Shown here: positions 38,062 to 50,303 of the stretch, one piece after another
Position numbering within the stretch: the first letter of the stretch is position 1
How the letters are laid out: every line of letters begins with the position of its first letter
NCBI RefSeq assembly: GCF_964204645.1
Contig: NC_134033.1
Span: 6,534,231-6,598,230, forward strand
Origin: Tubulanus polymorphus
Lineage: Eukaryota; Animalia; Nemertea
Reading direction: 5' to 3'
Length of the DNA stretch: 64,000 bases
Translations under genes and position numbers: made by a program
The notes under the pieces: model-generated
What the model was told of the DNA's origin: nothing
The model's input: only the letters and a program-made list of their open reading frames with translations
Database searches by the model: none

Positions 38062-40419
38062 ATATAGCTGCAAAGCAACGATAACGGGTTTTCTGCACAG
38101 TCTTAGAATCCTGTTCAACGGTGGATTTCGACAAAGCATTTGATAAGGCACAACATCAGCCATTACTAAACCGGCTATTAGGAAACATTATCAATGATAG
38201 GTCGCTTAAATGGCTCAGAAGTTATCTCTGAACGAAAACTTGTAGCCGAAATCAACGGAACGCCTCATCTTGGAATAAGTCGGCCTAACTAGTGGAGTCA
38301 CGCAAGGTAGTATCCTAAGTCGTCTTCTGTTTAATGTCCTGACAAATGACATACACAGTAATCCAAAATATACCAGACCGAGTAAATTTCCAAAACGACC
38401 TTAACACGCTGTTTGACCAAAAAACTTAATGTTCCGACAAGAAAATCTTGTTCGAATGAAAACCATTCTGTTTGATCGAACAATACGCTTTTTTGTTTGT
38501 ACCAAAACTTTTCTTCATTCTGACAAAGAATGTGTACGAATAAAAAGCTATGTTATTGTTGAAATGAAAAACTTTTTGTCCCGGCAAAAAAATTGGGTTG
38601 AGCGAAAACAATTTTTTTCGAACGAATGTTTGAATGGAAACAATACTGTTCCATTGAACGAAATACTTAATAATACTTTTGGTTCGGAGAAAAAACTTTT
38701 TACAATATAGGTTTCGAATGAAAACCTTAGGTTCTGACAAGAAAATTCTGTTCAAATTAAAACGATTCTGTTCGATCGAACGATTGTTCGAACGAAAAAC
38801 CTTTCGTTTGGACAAAAAAAGTTTGTTCAACTTTGGTCTAACGATTTTTTCAAATTGGTTCAATCGAACAGAATATTATTGGTTCGAACGAAATAAATTT
38901 TGTTCCGACGAAAGAATTTTCGAGCGAAAGGTCTTATGAAGGAAAAAAAAGATATTTATGGGGCTCCGCAGTAACTTAACGCCGGACGTAGGTCGGGCTT
39001 GCGCCGCTATGCGATCCTCGCGTTGCATCGCAAGTTTTGGTGCAAGTCGGTTGCGATACGGTTGTCAGCGACTGTGTGTGACTAGTTTCTCCAGTCGCAA
39101 GAGCGCGTAGGTCGGTTGTGAAAGTCGTGTCGCGTCGCAGAAAGTAGAACACGTGCGACGCCTTGTGAAGTTGCTGACGGTCACAACCCGTTGCAAGGGA
39201 GCGTAGGTCGACGAGTCGTTGCGACACAATCGCCGCTGGCGGTCGCAGTGAATGGCATTGCAGTAAGTCACAAGCCGTTGCAAGGCCGACCTACGCCCGA
39301 CTTAAGTCATTGGGAATTAATGAAATACCAGTTTCATTTATGATGAAAAAACTCAAATGAAAAGTCTGTCTTATGAAGCTGTCTGCTCAGACGAAATTTT
39401 CAAAAATATCTTCATTTTTGCCAATAAAATTGATAATTGTGATTGATCGTTGCAATTCAGAACCAGTTAATCACTAATTAAAATGCATTTTAATAAATCT
39501 GATTCCTCCTTTACAGTGAACTTAGCTTTAACCTAGGAGAGGCAACTAGCCTATGTAGGCCTATATGTATATGCGTAGGCCTAACATCCGGACAGATTGG
39601 TCGTAGCCCTATTGAATAACAACCCTCCTAAATATCGTAGATTTTGTTTTGAAGTTCAATCCAATGAGTCCGTTTGAGACAGTAAAGCTCAGTACCGGTA
39701 GGCTTAAACCATAAGGTCGCGTAAAACTCGATAAACACTTCAAGCGACACAGCGAACGAACTCCTTTCCCTACAGCGAACGCTTACTCCGAATGTCAAGT
39801 GTGAGTCCAGCATACGGATGGGAGTGTGTTAAATATTTGTATTTAGTAAATACCTTGTGCATTTGACAATGATCGGTATGTACTGTAGGAAATATAGAGT
39901 AATGATGGTATTGGTATAAAGGTTGAGGCCCGCGGCCGAATAAAATAATATATTCTTTTATTTTGATACCTCGTCGACACAACAGCTTTTCTCCGCTATA
40001 TCTCTTCGGCGTGTTTAGTTTAGGCGTGCGACTCCCCGGTACACTAATGATTTATCTTAGTAAATACACGGTTAATTCGGTAAAGAAAAATAGGTATTGT
40101 TAAACTAACTGCTTGAAGCCCGCGGCCAAATCACTGGTAGTAATAAATTAATTTGTACTCGATATGATTCTCATGATGAGGAGAAACTCGCAGTTGATCC
40201 CCGGAACGACGATGTTGTGACACACGTCGATTCGTCGATGTTTACGGCTCGACAGTGCTTTTAAAATCTAAAGTAGTAAATTTCCTGTGTATCGGTAATA
40301 TGATTTGATGAGGAAAATTGGCTATTGTTAAAATTAGTTTTCAAAAACCGCGACTGAATGTGCATTCTTTGGGTAATAAATTTGGTAATTTATGCTTGAA
40401 TTGATAATCCACGTGACAA

Positions 40420-41660
40420 TTCAATTCAATTAATTCTTTATTGTTCCGTAACGTAGTTAAACATTATGAGATTATGTACAATAAAGACGGGGGGATAAAA
40501 TAAAACATAAAGAATAACAATAACAGTTTAATATACATATACACACGATGTAAACAGGTTTTCAGTAAGCGAATCAGTGGTGGTTTCAGTAATTATTAAT
40601 GCCGTTAATGGATACTGCGACGTAACACTACAGATTTCAGATAGAGTTAAACCCTTTCTCAATGTATTTCCCTAAACATTTGGCCATTTCTATAGGGGAC
40701 ATTATAATTACAAATTTGTCTTTATCATTTAATTTCGACATGTTAGAATATTGGTTATAAAATTCATCAACAGGTCTGTTCTTAAGTTATCAAATTTTGT
40801 ACACTCCATCACAAACTGAAACTCATTTTCTACTACTCCACATCTGCTACATAGGTGCTCATCCACAGGGATACCTAGATAGCGCCCTTTCTCAATCATA
40901 AGTTTGTGTGCACTGAGTCGTAATTTGGTTAGAGCTGTCTTAGAGGAAACTGGAATGTTCAGTAGTAAATAGGGTTCCAAACTGAATTCTGTTTTGAAGA
41001 TGTTATACGAGTCAAGTTTGTTAAAGCTTTGAATTTTTGTTTTCCAAAATATTTTATATAGCTCTTGGAGTATGTGTTTGAACCTTTTAATTTACTGATA
41101 GGTCTGGCCAACTTCTAACAGGTTGAGACTATTTGTAGCAGACAGAATGGCTTTTAGGAAAAAAGTCCAGTCATTTGTCTAGTTTTTCATAGAACTCAAA
41201 TCTTTCACCGTTATATTTACAATACTATTTACATATGGTTAATTATACTGAAATTCAAATATATATCGGTAGTCTTCCTAATTCGCCGAGCACTGCTAAA
41301 TTGGTATTTTTTTTTGTTTACATGAAATATGAATTTGCAGAATTTGACAGTTAATTTATTGAGTAGGTCATCCTTTTCCATTACTTCCTCAATTGGGAAT
41401 GTACCCTTGTTTTTGAATATTTTCTTAGCATTGCTCGTTTTTGGTAACAAATCTCACAACCATATAGTAGGATGGGTGTTACCAAAGTGTCAAACAGCTT
41501 TAACGATACATTGGGTGGACAATCTTGAATACCAATCATTTTTTGAATACTGAACATGGCTCGGTTAGCCGATTTGAATAGATCTTCTCTAGCTTTGTTA
41601 AAACATCCTGATGCTGTAAATATAAGTCCTAGATATTTGTACTCATTTACTAATTCAACA
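40420..41660 (-). mobile_element. 5'-truncated LINE (RTE-X-like C-terminus)
   Basis: EYKYLGL near 41640, LRLSAHKLMIEKGRY...C..C..VENEFQFVMEC; AATAAA followed by an (AATTG)n tail near 40420-40442. Confidence 0.8.
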
Positions 41661-41959
41661 TGACAAGAAACGTGCGGTAGATTTCGGAAAGACGACTTAG
41701 AAAAACATGTCGGCTCTTTGAATGGGGCTCAATTTTCGATGTTTACGGCCCGACAGTGCTTTTGTAACGATGATTCGTGAAAAAACACGCGGAGTAATTG
41801 TAGATCTTAGTGAGCTGAACGATATCATACGGATTGTATCGACAACAGCGGCAAGGTAACAAAGCCTTTGTACTTTTAGTGAAACTATAGTGTGACATAA
41901 AATAGTAATAAATATAGCTGCATAGCAGCGATAACGGGTTTCTGCCTAATAAAGAAGTT

Positions 41960-42048
41960 AGTAATTGGAAGATGGCGTTTTCAGGCCAGAGGTCGTGCGG
42001 TCGAGACACCACTCATCACCACAAGTAATTTTTTTTCCTAATAAATGG
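41960..42048 (+). repeat. Left TIR (89 bp), includes the pPolB start codon
   Basis: Exact reverse complement of 58708-58796. Confidence 0.97.
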
Positions 42049-45000
42049 GGGAGAATGAACACCAGCCAGAAAACAATAATGTTAATAAAAATCAATATTA
42101 TTGCCAATATTGTAAAAAATACATCGATAAATCCCAAAAATCACGACATGAAAAAACGTCAAATCATATAAAAAATGTAATAGATTTTGAAACTCCAGAA
42201 AATTCCAATGAAAGAAAAGAACGATTAGAAAATATGAATGTGGATGAAATAAAATGTGAAGTTTGTAATGAATTTATAGTAAAAAGGAATTATAATAGAC
42301 ATCTCGAATCACAAAAACACCGCCAAAATTTGAGTAATAATGTTTTAGGAAAAGATTATTTTGATGATAAACCTCAACAAGTAAAAGAATCAACTTCAAA
42401 AACTAAATCCATTTCAAATAAACCTTACATGGAAAATGTTAGAAATTATATTGATTCACTAGAAATAAAAGATACAATTGAAATCTTAGAAACATTACAT
42501 AGTAAAATTGGTCCTGCAGCTATTATATTTAGATTCTTTAAAGGTACAACAATAGAAGATTATAGTAAATTTAATGAAATAATAGAAACAATACTAGATT
42601 TGATAACAGATGTTGAATATCCAAAAATTAGTATCTCTGGGAAAGTAAGTTTTATAAAGTCAGAAGAAAAAATGGATTATAATATTCAAACACACTCTGA
42701 AGAAATAATTTCAAAAACACAAATAAAAGAGAAGTTAGAAAAAATATTAAATGAATTTAAACGTCATATTGAAGAAAGATATTTTGAGGGTTCTGGCTTA
42801 ACATTGAATGAAATTATATATTTAGATTTAAATGTTTATAATACAAAAAGAAATAAAACATCAAAAAGTAATAAAATGTTTTAAAATGATTCAAACTTTA
42901 TAACAGAAAAAGATATGAAAGCATCAAGTTATATCAAATTACCATTTATAACAAAAGCAGTAATAAATATTCAAAATGAAGATAATAAATGTTTTCTATG
43001 GTCAATTATTAGTTGCTTACATCCAACAGAAGAACATGCTTATAGAATAACAGATTACCGGAAATATGAAACATTATATAAAATTGATCAATATCCAGTA
43101 ACTATAAAAATGATTCCTAAAATAGAAAAAGTTAATAATTTAAAAATAAATGTATTCGAATTAATGCAATTACCAAAGACAAAAGGTGAAAATATTAAAG
43201 ATTATACATTGGAAGCTTTATATTTAACAGAATATTATGATGATGAAAATGTTATAGATTTGTTATATTACAAAAAAGATGAAAATGAACATTATATGTG
43301 GTTAAAACAAATTGATTTATTCTTTAGAACAGAAAGTGATTTTAACAGCCATAAAATTTATCTATGTAGAAAATGTTTATCTAAATTTAGAACTGAGAAT
43401 ACATTATTAAAACATAAAGAATTATGTGATAATAAAGATTTTTGTAAATTAATAATGCCAACAGAAAAAGATTATAAATTGAAATTTACTAATCATAAAT
43501 TTAAAAATATTGTTCCATTTGTAATTTATGGGGATTTTGAATCGTTGAATAAAGAATTAACTGATCAAGATAGAAAAGAAATATATAACAAAAAGCAATT
43601 ATTAAAATCAATGGATAAAGGAAGTGAATTAAATGAAGACATAATACAAGACCCACCAATTATAAATACAATTAAAAAAGTTCATCAAAGAGCTGCTGCT
43701 TATGGAATTTACATAAAATCAAATTATCCCGAATTATATGAAAGTCAATATATTTCTTTTAGAGGTGAAAATGTAGTTAATAATTTTTGTGATAAAATTA
43801 TTGAATTAGAAAGTGATTTTGCAAAATTATTAAACAAAAATAAAAGAATAGTTATGACAAAAGAAGATGAAATTGATTTTAATTATGCAACTCATTGTTG
43901 TTACTGTGAAAAACGTTTTTATTCATTTGATAAAAAAGTTAGAGATCATAATCATTTAAATTCAAATTATCGTGGAGCTGCTCATGAAGATTGTAATTTA
44001 CAAGCCAAAAAAGTAAATTTTGTCCCCATTATATTTCACAATTTATCGGGGTATGATACCCATCTATTTATAAAACAGCTATGTTATAAAATAGAAGAAA
44101 TTAATAATGAAATAGAAATATTAAATTCTTCAAATAGATTAAAAGATAACAAAGTATCAATTTACAAATTTAAAATACTTGCTAAAACATCTGAAAATTA
44201 TATTTCATTCCAATTTGGGTGTTTGAGATTTTTAGATTCGTATAGATTTTTAAGTAGTTCATTAGAAAATTTATCAAAAAGTTTAGTTGATAATGATTTT
44301 CAAATATTAAAACAACATTATCAAAATAATAATGATTTTAAATTAATGAGATATAAAGGAGCAATTCCATATTCTTTCTATAAAAATCATGATGATTTTA
44401 ATGTAACAGAATTATAAAAAGATCAATTTTATGATAAATTAAAAGAGGAGTATGTGAAAGATGAAGTGTTTAATAGAACATTAAATATTTGGAACCATTT
44501 TAAGATGAAAAATCATGGTGAATTAGTTGATTTATATTTAAAATCAGATGTTATGATATTGGCTGACATATTTGAAAAATTTAGAGAAGTTAATTTGAAT
44601 CATTTTAATGTTGATCCTTGTTATTGCTACTCTAGTCCTGGTTTAACCTGGCAATGTGGTTTAAAATATACAAATGTAGAATTAGATTTATTAAAAGAAC
44701 CAGATATGGTTTTATTATTTGAAAAATCAATTAGAGGTGGAATTAGTGGTGTTATGGGAGATAGGTATTTTAAAGCAAATGATGAATATAAATTATTATA
44801 TATTGACGCCAATAATTTATATGGTTGGGCAATGATGCAACCTCAACCATATAAAAATTTTATATTAACAGAAGTTGAAAATGGCGATAAAACTGATTGG
44901 GAAAACGCAATTGCGAGTTTAAAAGATGAAGCGCCAATTGGTTATTTCTTTGTAGTTGATTTAGAATATCCTGAAAATATAAAGTTTAAAACAAGAAACT

Positions 45001-47118
45001 TACCTTATTGCCCAGAACATTTAACTGTAGATGATAGTTATTTAAGTGAATACCAGAAGAAAATAAAACCGAAAGATCATGTTTTTACTGAAAAATTAAT
45101 ACTTACTCAAAATAATAAATACAATTATATTGTTCATTATAGAATGTTAAAATTTTATCTAAAGCAAGGAATGAAATTAAAGAAAGTACATAGATATATT
45201 GAATTTAATCAATCGAAGTGGTTAGAAAAATATATAGATTTCAATACTCAACAGAGAACAATATCAAAAACAGATTTTGAGAAGGATTTTTTTAAATTGA
45301 TGAACAATAGTTTTTATGGTAAAACATGTGAAAATATTAGAAATAGAAATGATATTGAATTAGTGAATAATTATGAACGATTGAGACACCTACAATCAAG
45401 TCCTAGACATTTAGGAAATAAAAGATTTGAAGATTATTTAACAGCAGTAAAATTAAAAAGAACGTCAATGAAATTTAATAAACCAATATTTATAGGTTCA
45501 ACAGTTTTAGAAATATCAAAATTATTAATGTATGATTTTTATTACAATGTATTACAACCATTGTTTGGGGAAAAACATATAGAAATTCTATACTTCGATT
45601 CTGTAACAGCTGACACCCCAATATTATTAAAATAGAATAACCAAATATTAATTAGAAGAATTTCAGAAATAATTCCTAATCAAAATAAATCTTATATTTC
45701 ATATGGTGAAAAAGAACTAATACAAATAAATGGTTTAATAGATGTTTGGACAAGAAATGGATGGAAAAAATTAAAGAATATTATTAGACATAAAACAAAT
45801 AAGAAAATCTATAGAGTTAGAACTAAATTAGGATTTGTAGATGTTACTGAAGACCACAGTTTAATTAAACGAAATGGTGATGAAATAAAACCAACTGATA
45901 TAAAAATTGGAGATGAATTATTACATAAAAGATTTTTCCCAAGAATGAATCATATGTCATTTGATGAAATAATTGATAATATTTATAATATAGAACCCGA
46001 AACATTGGAAGAAAAAGAATATTTTATCAAAGGATTTTTCATGGGTGATGGTTCAGCAGGTGTGTATAAATATGTTTGGGGTAATAAATATTGTTGGTAT
46101 TTATGCAATCAAGACTTAAAATTATTAGAAAGAATTAAGAAATTCTGTGAAGAAGTTTATTCACATAAAACATTTAGAATCATGGATGTTATGAAATCAT
46201 CCGCGGTTTATAGAATACTTATAAATAATCCTAAAGATTTTGCTATAAAATATAATGATGAATTCTATATTCATGCAATAGTGAAAAGTAATACTTCAAC
46301 TAAAGAAAAAATAGTACCAGATTATATTTTAAATTCAGAATATAATCTTAGAAAATGGTTCTTCATTGGGTTCTACGCAGCCGATGGTACTAAAAAATTT
46401 ATAAAGGATAAAACGATAACCTTTGCACAGAAAGGAAAATGTGCAATAAGTGGGTTAAATGTGTTATGCAGTTCATTAGGATTTAATATGAATATAGAAT
46501 TAATTAAATCTAAACCAAATTGTTTTAATTTAAGGCATGTAGAAAAAGAATTAACAGAAGAAGTTAAAGATTTATTTGAAATATATAACCCAACTGACTA
46601 TGTTTATGATTTATCAACAGATGATGGAACATTCAATTCTGGGTTCCCATTAATCCAAAAAAATACTGACAGTTACATACTAAAAATCAAGACAAATGAT
46701 ATAACAAAAGACTTAAAAACATTGAAACATTATTTCGACTTTGGCAATTACCCCAAAGATCATGAATTGTTTAGTAATGATAATAAAAAGATTCCTGGGA
46801 AGTTTAAAGATGAATTAGGAGGTGATGAAATGATTGAATTTGTTGGGATAAGAAGTAAAATGTATAGTTATAGAACAAAAGATCATGAAGCTAAAAAGTT
46901 AAAGAATAACAAAACATGTGGTTGATAAACATATAGAATTTCAAGATTATATAAAGTGTTTATATAAATCAATTGTAATGAAACATAAAATGAATTGTTT
47001 AAGATCAGTAGATCACGAGATGTACATTAATGAAGTTGAAAAAACTAGTTTAAATCCATTTGATGATAAAAGGCATATTTTAGATGATGGTATAAAAACA
47101 TTACCTTATGGCCATTAA
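42045..47118 (+). pseudogene. polB: Protein-primed family B DNA polymerase (Zn fingers, vOTU-like, exonuclease with Endo VII-like insert, polymerase) with intein; 3 in-frame stops and 1 frameshift
   Basis: ORFs at 42045, 42915, 44454 and 45945 share one frame, split by single stops (42882, 44415, 45633); frameshift near 46903. Motifs: DNKCFLWS..HY, YGDFES, FHNLSGYD, RFLDS, YLKSDV, YIDANNLYG, KLMNNSFYGK, YFD|TDS, GKFKDE, SKMY. Confidence 0.95.
45600..46664 (+). mobile_element. Intein with LAGLIDADG homing endonuclease (355 codons) in pPolB motif C
   Basis: Splits YFD|TDS. Block A SVTADTPILL, block B VDVTEDHSL, LAGLIDADG helices FIKGFFMGDG and FFIGFYAADG, blocks F/G YVYDLST..GTF...LIQKN, then Thr at +1; one TAG at 45633. 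Confidence 0.95.
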
Positions 47119-48416
47119 AACATAAAATCAATATCATCAAACTCGAAATCACTATTGTCTTCTTCATTTTCATTTAATTGTTCAGGTTCTTCTTCCATTC
47201 CATTTTTCTCATTTAAATAAAGTTCTATCTTGTTCCACATTTCATCTCGCTCTCTTTGTTTCTTTTTGTTTGTTAATTCATCAAATGGAATTATAATATC
47301 TAGGTTTAAATAATTTACAATCTTATTTAAAAAGAATTCATAATTTATTGAATCTGTTATTCTATTTTCCAAATGATACATTAATATTTGTTTGAATATT
47401 TTTTTTATATTTTTCATATCTTCTTCTGTTAATTTAGGTTTTTCATAATAATCGTTAAATAATAAATATAAATACATTTTCTTTTCTTTTGTGTTAAATG
47501 TTGGTGGAATAATTGTTTTTATAATATCTTTTTTAGTTATTTCACCATTTTTATTTTCTATTATTTTCATTTTTTCAAGCCATTGCATATATTCTGGTGT
47601 ATGATCTTCTATAGAAAATATTTTAAAAATTTCATCAAGATAATTTAATTTTGGATCTATAAGAAAATTTCTAGTTTTTTCTTCATCCCATAAATTCTTT
47701 TGCCATCCACAATCAACACAAAATAACACAGTACCTTCTTGTCTTAAGGTCGCATAACTACATTGTGGACATTTTCGTTTATAATTTATTGGTAATAGAT
47801 CTTCATTAAGCTCTTGGTATTTTCTTACGTTTTCTTTATGTTTTATTGTTCTATTATGTAGATTTGAATTACTTGTTGTAATAATCAATTTACAATATTT
47901 ACAATAATATGTTTTTCTTGTTAATTCATTATATTGTTTTTCTAACTTTTCAACTGTTTCTTCATTATCTGGTAACGTTTTCTCATATTTTATTTTTTCT
48001 AATAAATTATTTTTTCTTTCATTGAATTCAGTTTCAAATTTATTAGAAATTTTATCTATATGTGCTTTACGAAATTGATGATTCTCCCAATCTTCTTTAT
48101 TATCAGGGATGTATTTCATTTGACAAGGCTCGCAGAAATGATTTTTTATTTTATCCTTATCATAAAATAAGGAAGGTCTTTTCCAAATAACTTCAGGTTC
48201 AACTTCAGCAGAATTACTATCAACATTAGCCATTGCGCCATTAATTCTACACTTCTCTGAATGTTTTTTAACATAATTTCTTGAGAATAATTGATTACAT
48301 TTTGGACAGTTTATTTTAGGGGGTTTATAATTTTCATTATGTTTTTTCATATGTCGAGCCTTATTACTTTTTCTTAGAAGTTCACCACAAATTTCACATG
48401 CTATCTTCTCTTCCAT
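47115..48416 (-). CDS. Zn-finger protein with C-terminal VLTF3 (poxvirus A2)-like late transcription factor domain
   Basis: Four N-terminal CxxC..H fingers; Zn ribbon CPQC-x13-CVDCG; C-terminal INYEFFLNKIVNYL...KKKQRERDEMWNKI resembles the VLTF3 family end. Recognised by eye only. Confidence 0.68.
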   Translation of the reverse strand: MEEKIACEICGELLRKSNKARHMKKHNENYKPPKINCPKCNQLFSRNYVKKHSEKCRINGAMANVDSNSAEVEPEVIWKRPSLFYDKDKIKNHFCEPCQMKYIPDNKEDWENHQFRKAHIDKISNKFETEFNERKNNLLEKIKYEKTLPDNEETVEKLEKQYNELTRKTYYCKYCKLIITTSNSNLHNRTIKHKENVRKYQELNEDLLPINYKRKCPQCSYATLRQEGTVLFCVDCGWQKNLWDEEKTRNFLIDPKLNYLDEIFKIFSIEDHTPEYMQWLEKMKIIENKNGEITKKDIIKTIIPPTFNTKEKKMYLYLLFNDYYEKPKLTEEDMKNIKKIFKQILMYHLENRITDSINYEFFLNKIVNYLNLDIIIPFDELTNKKKQRERDEMWNKIELYLNEKNGMEEEPEQLNENEEDNSDFEFDDIDFMF

Positions 48417-48484
48417 TTATTTAGGAAAAATTTTATTAAAATTAATTTTTAGTGATGAGTGTAATTTTTTTATGTTATAAATAA

Positions 48485-49242
48485 ATGGTGGAATTAAAAG
48501 AATATAGAATATATGTTGATTCTAGAAAACTTACAAATTATAAATCACATAATTTACTAGTACAATTAGATAGAGAATTTAAGAATTGTGTAGATTTAAA
48601 ATTAGTAAATATAAGTTTATGTAATTCTTTTTACAATGTATCGGATAAAACTCTTGAACATAGAGTCTTTTTAATTCATATTAGAAATATAAATGAATGG
48701 TTTCATCTATTTTTAAAACCAGGGTTATATAATTTAGAAACATTAGCCCAAGAAATTAATCGGAGAGCACGATTAAAACTTGGAAAAGATGATAAATTTT
48801 TAATTAAATTTAGTAAAAGTGATAGTTCTGATAAAATTAAAATAAAGTTAGATGATGAAAACAAACATGCATTTATGGTAAAAAAACCTATAGCTAAATT
48901 GCTAGGAATTGAACCAGATGTTGTTACAGGAAACGTAGACGGTAATTCAAATATAATACCTTTTACACACTTTTATATTTATTGCAATTTAATCGATCCT
49001 ACAAAAACATTTGAAGCTACTAAAGATAAAACTTGTAATTCTAGTATACTAAATATTTTACCAATAAAAATGTTAAACAATTTGGAACTCAAATAAATTA
49101 TAATTTAACAGAATGTGATTTTAAACCTTGCATTCCTAAATTTAATAATTTTAGATTAGAAATTAGAAATCATAATGGATACTTAATTGATTTAAATAAC
49201 TTTCCTGTGATATATGAATTAGTTATAAGATGTAAAGAGTAA
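48485..49242 (+). pseudogene. Minor capsid protein (penton-like), 1-nt frameshift near 49070
   Basis: IYVDSR start, FYIYCNLID, ILPI; shifted frame continues FRLEIRNHNGYLIDLNNFPVIYELVI to a stop at 49240-49242. Confidence 0.78.
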
Positions 49243-49258
49243 TTTTTTTATTATATAA

Positions 49259-49615
49259 ATAAATATAATTGTTGGACCGAGTATATGTTTTGGATTTGAT
49301 TTTAAACGTGAGAAAGAAATGAAATTTAACATGAATGATGTAATTACACATATAAAAAATGTTGTATTTTCTAATGAAACAACATTTGAGTATGAAACAA
49401 CAATAGATAAAGAAACTTTAAATGTAGAAAAGATTACTAATTTAATTAGAGAATCTTTAAGATTTTATGAATTAGATGAAGATTTTATAATCGATGATAT
49501 TAAAAAAATAATAATTGAAATATATACAAATGAAACTAGTAATGAAATAAATGTTGAAATAATCATAAATAAGATAACTAAATATTTTGATGATAGTAAT
49601 TTTTTTGATAAATAA
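49259..49615 (+). CDS. Small Polinton protein; probable original start mutated (TAAATG to TAAATA), downstream ATG at 49319
   Basis: Open frame from ATA at 49259 behind a T-run/TAAAT motif; C-terminus conserved in copy C. Confidence 0.6.
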   Translation: MNIIVGPSICFGFDFKREKEMKFNMNDVITHIKNVVFSNETTFEYETTIDKETLNVEKITNLIRESLRFYELDEDFIIDDIKKIIIEIYTNETSNEINVEIIINKITKYFDDSNFFDK

Positions 49616-49837
49616 ATGAGCGATAATAAGTGGATAATAACTGGATTATATAATGGCGCATTACTATCAGTTGGAACTGTTGGTTATTCAATGGTATTAA
49701 AAAAAGTATTCAAAATGGGAAGTGTTAATGTTGACAGATTTGATATCAATGATATTTTGAAATTAACATTAGCAGTTACTTTATCTAATTTAACTATTGA
49801 TTATTTGGAAAAACAAAAATATATTCCTCCCATATAA
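49616..49837 (+). CDS. 73-aa hydrophobic protein
   Basis: TAAATG start; two hydrophobic segments; conserved in copy C. Confidence 0.8.
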   Translation: MSDNKWIITGLYNGALLSVGTVGYSMVLKKVFKMGSVNVDRFDINDILKLTLAVTLSNLTIDYLEKQKYIPPI

Positions 49838-49861
49838 ATGCATAATTTTTTTGTTAAATAA

Positions 49862-50284
49862 ATGGCTTCTGCAATTATAACTATTATAGGATCAGCAATT
49901 GTTAACGCTTTAGCATTTACTGGTGGTGGTTATTTATTTAAACATATTGATAAAAATAGTTCATTAGGAGAACAAAGAAGACATAACTTAGCGTTAGAGA
50001 AATACAATAAAGCTGCAGAAGAATATAGAGAAAAGAGACAAAACTATATGGATTACATCAATAAAGAATTATATGATCAGAAGATTTCACATAGAGATTT
50101 TCAATCAGTTGATGATGCAATGAGTTTATATAACGCAGTAACCAATAAAGAAAAATTACATCTATACAAACCTAAATTATCAGATTATTATACCCCAAGT
50201 AAAGAACAACAGAAATATGAAATAATATGGATTTTAGGTGGAACTGTTATTGTTATATTTGTTGCTTATAAGTTTACTAATTAG
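49862..50284 (+). CDS. 140-aa protein with hydrophobic N- and C-termini
   Basis: TAAATG start; conserved in copy C. Confidence 0.82.
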   Translation: MASAIITIIGSAIVNALAFTGGGYLFKHIDKNSSLGEQRRHNLALEKYNKAAEEYREKRQNYMDYINKELYDQKISHRDFQSVDDAMSLYNAVTNKEKLHLYKPKLSDYYTPSKEQQKYEIIWILGGTVIVIFVAYKFTN

Positions 50285-50303
50285 TAATTTTTAATCTAAA
50301 TAA

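Noticed and set aside
42882-45635. Programmed readthrough or alternative genetic code in pPolB
   Set aside because: Stops are mixed (TAA, TAA, TAG), TAA ends normal genes in the element, and frameshifts co-occur; ordinary decay is simpler.
45945-46925. Free-standing LAGLIDADG gene or group I intron
   Set aside because: It is in frame with pPolB and bounded by intein splicing motifs.
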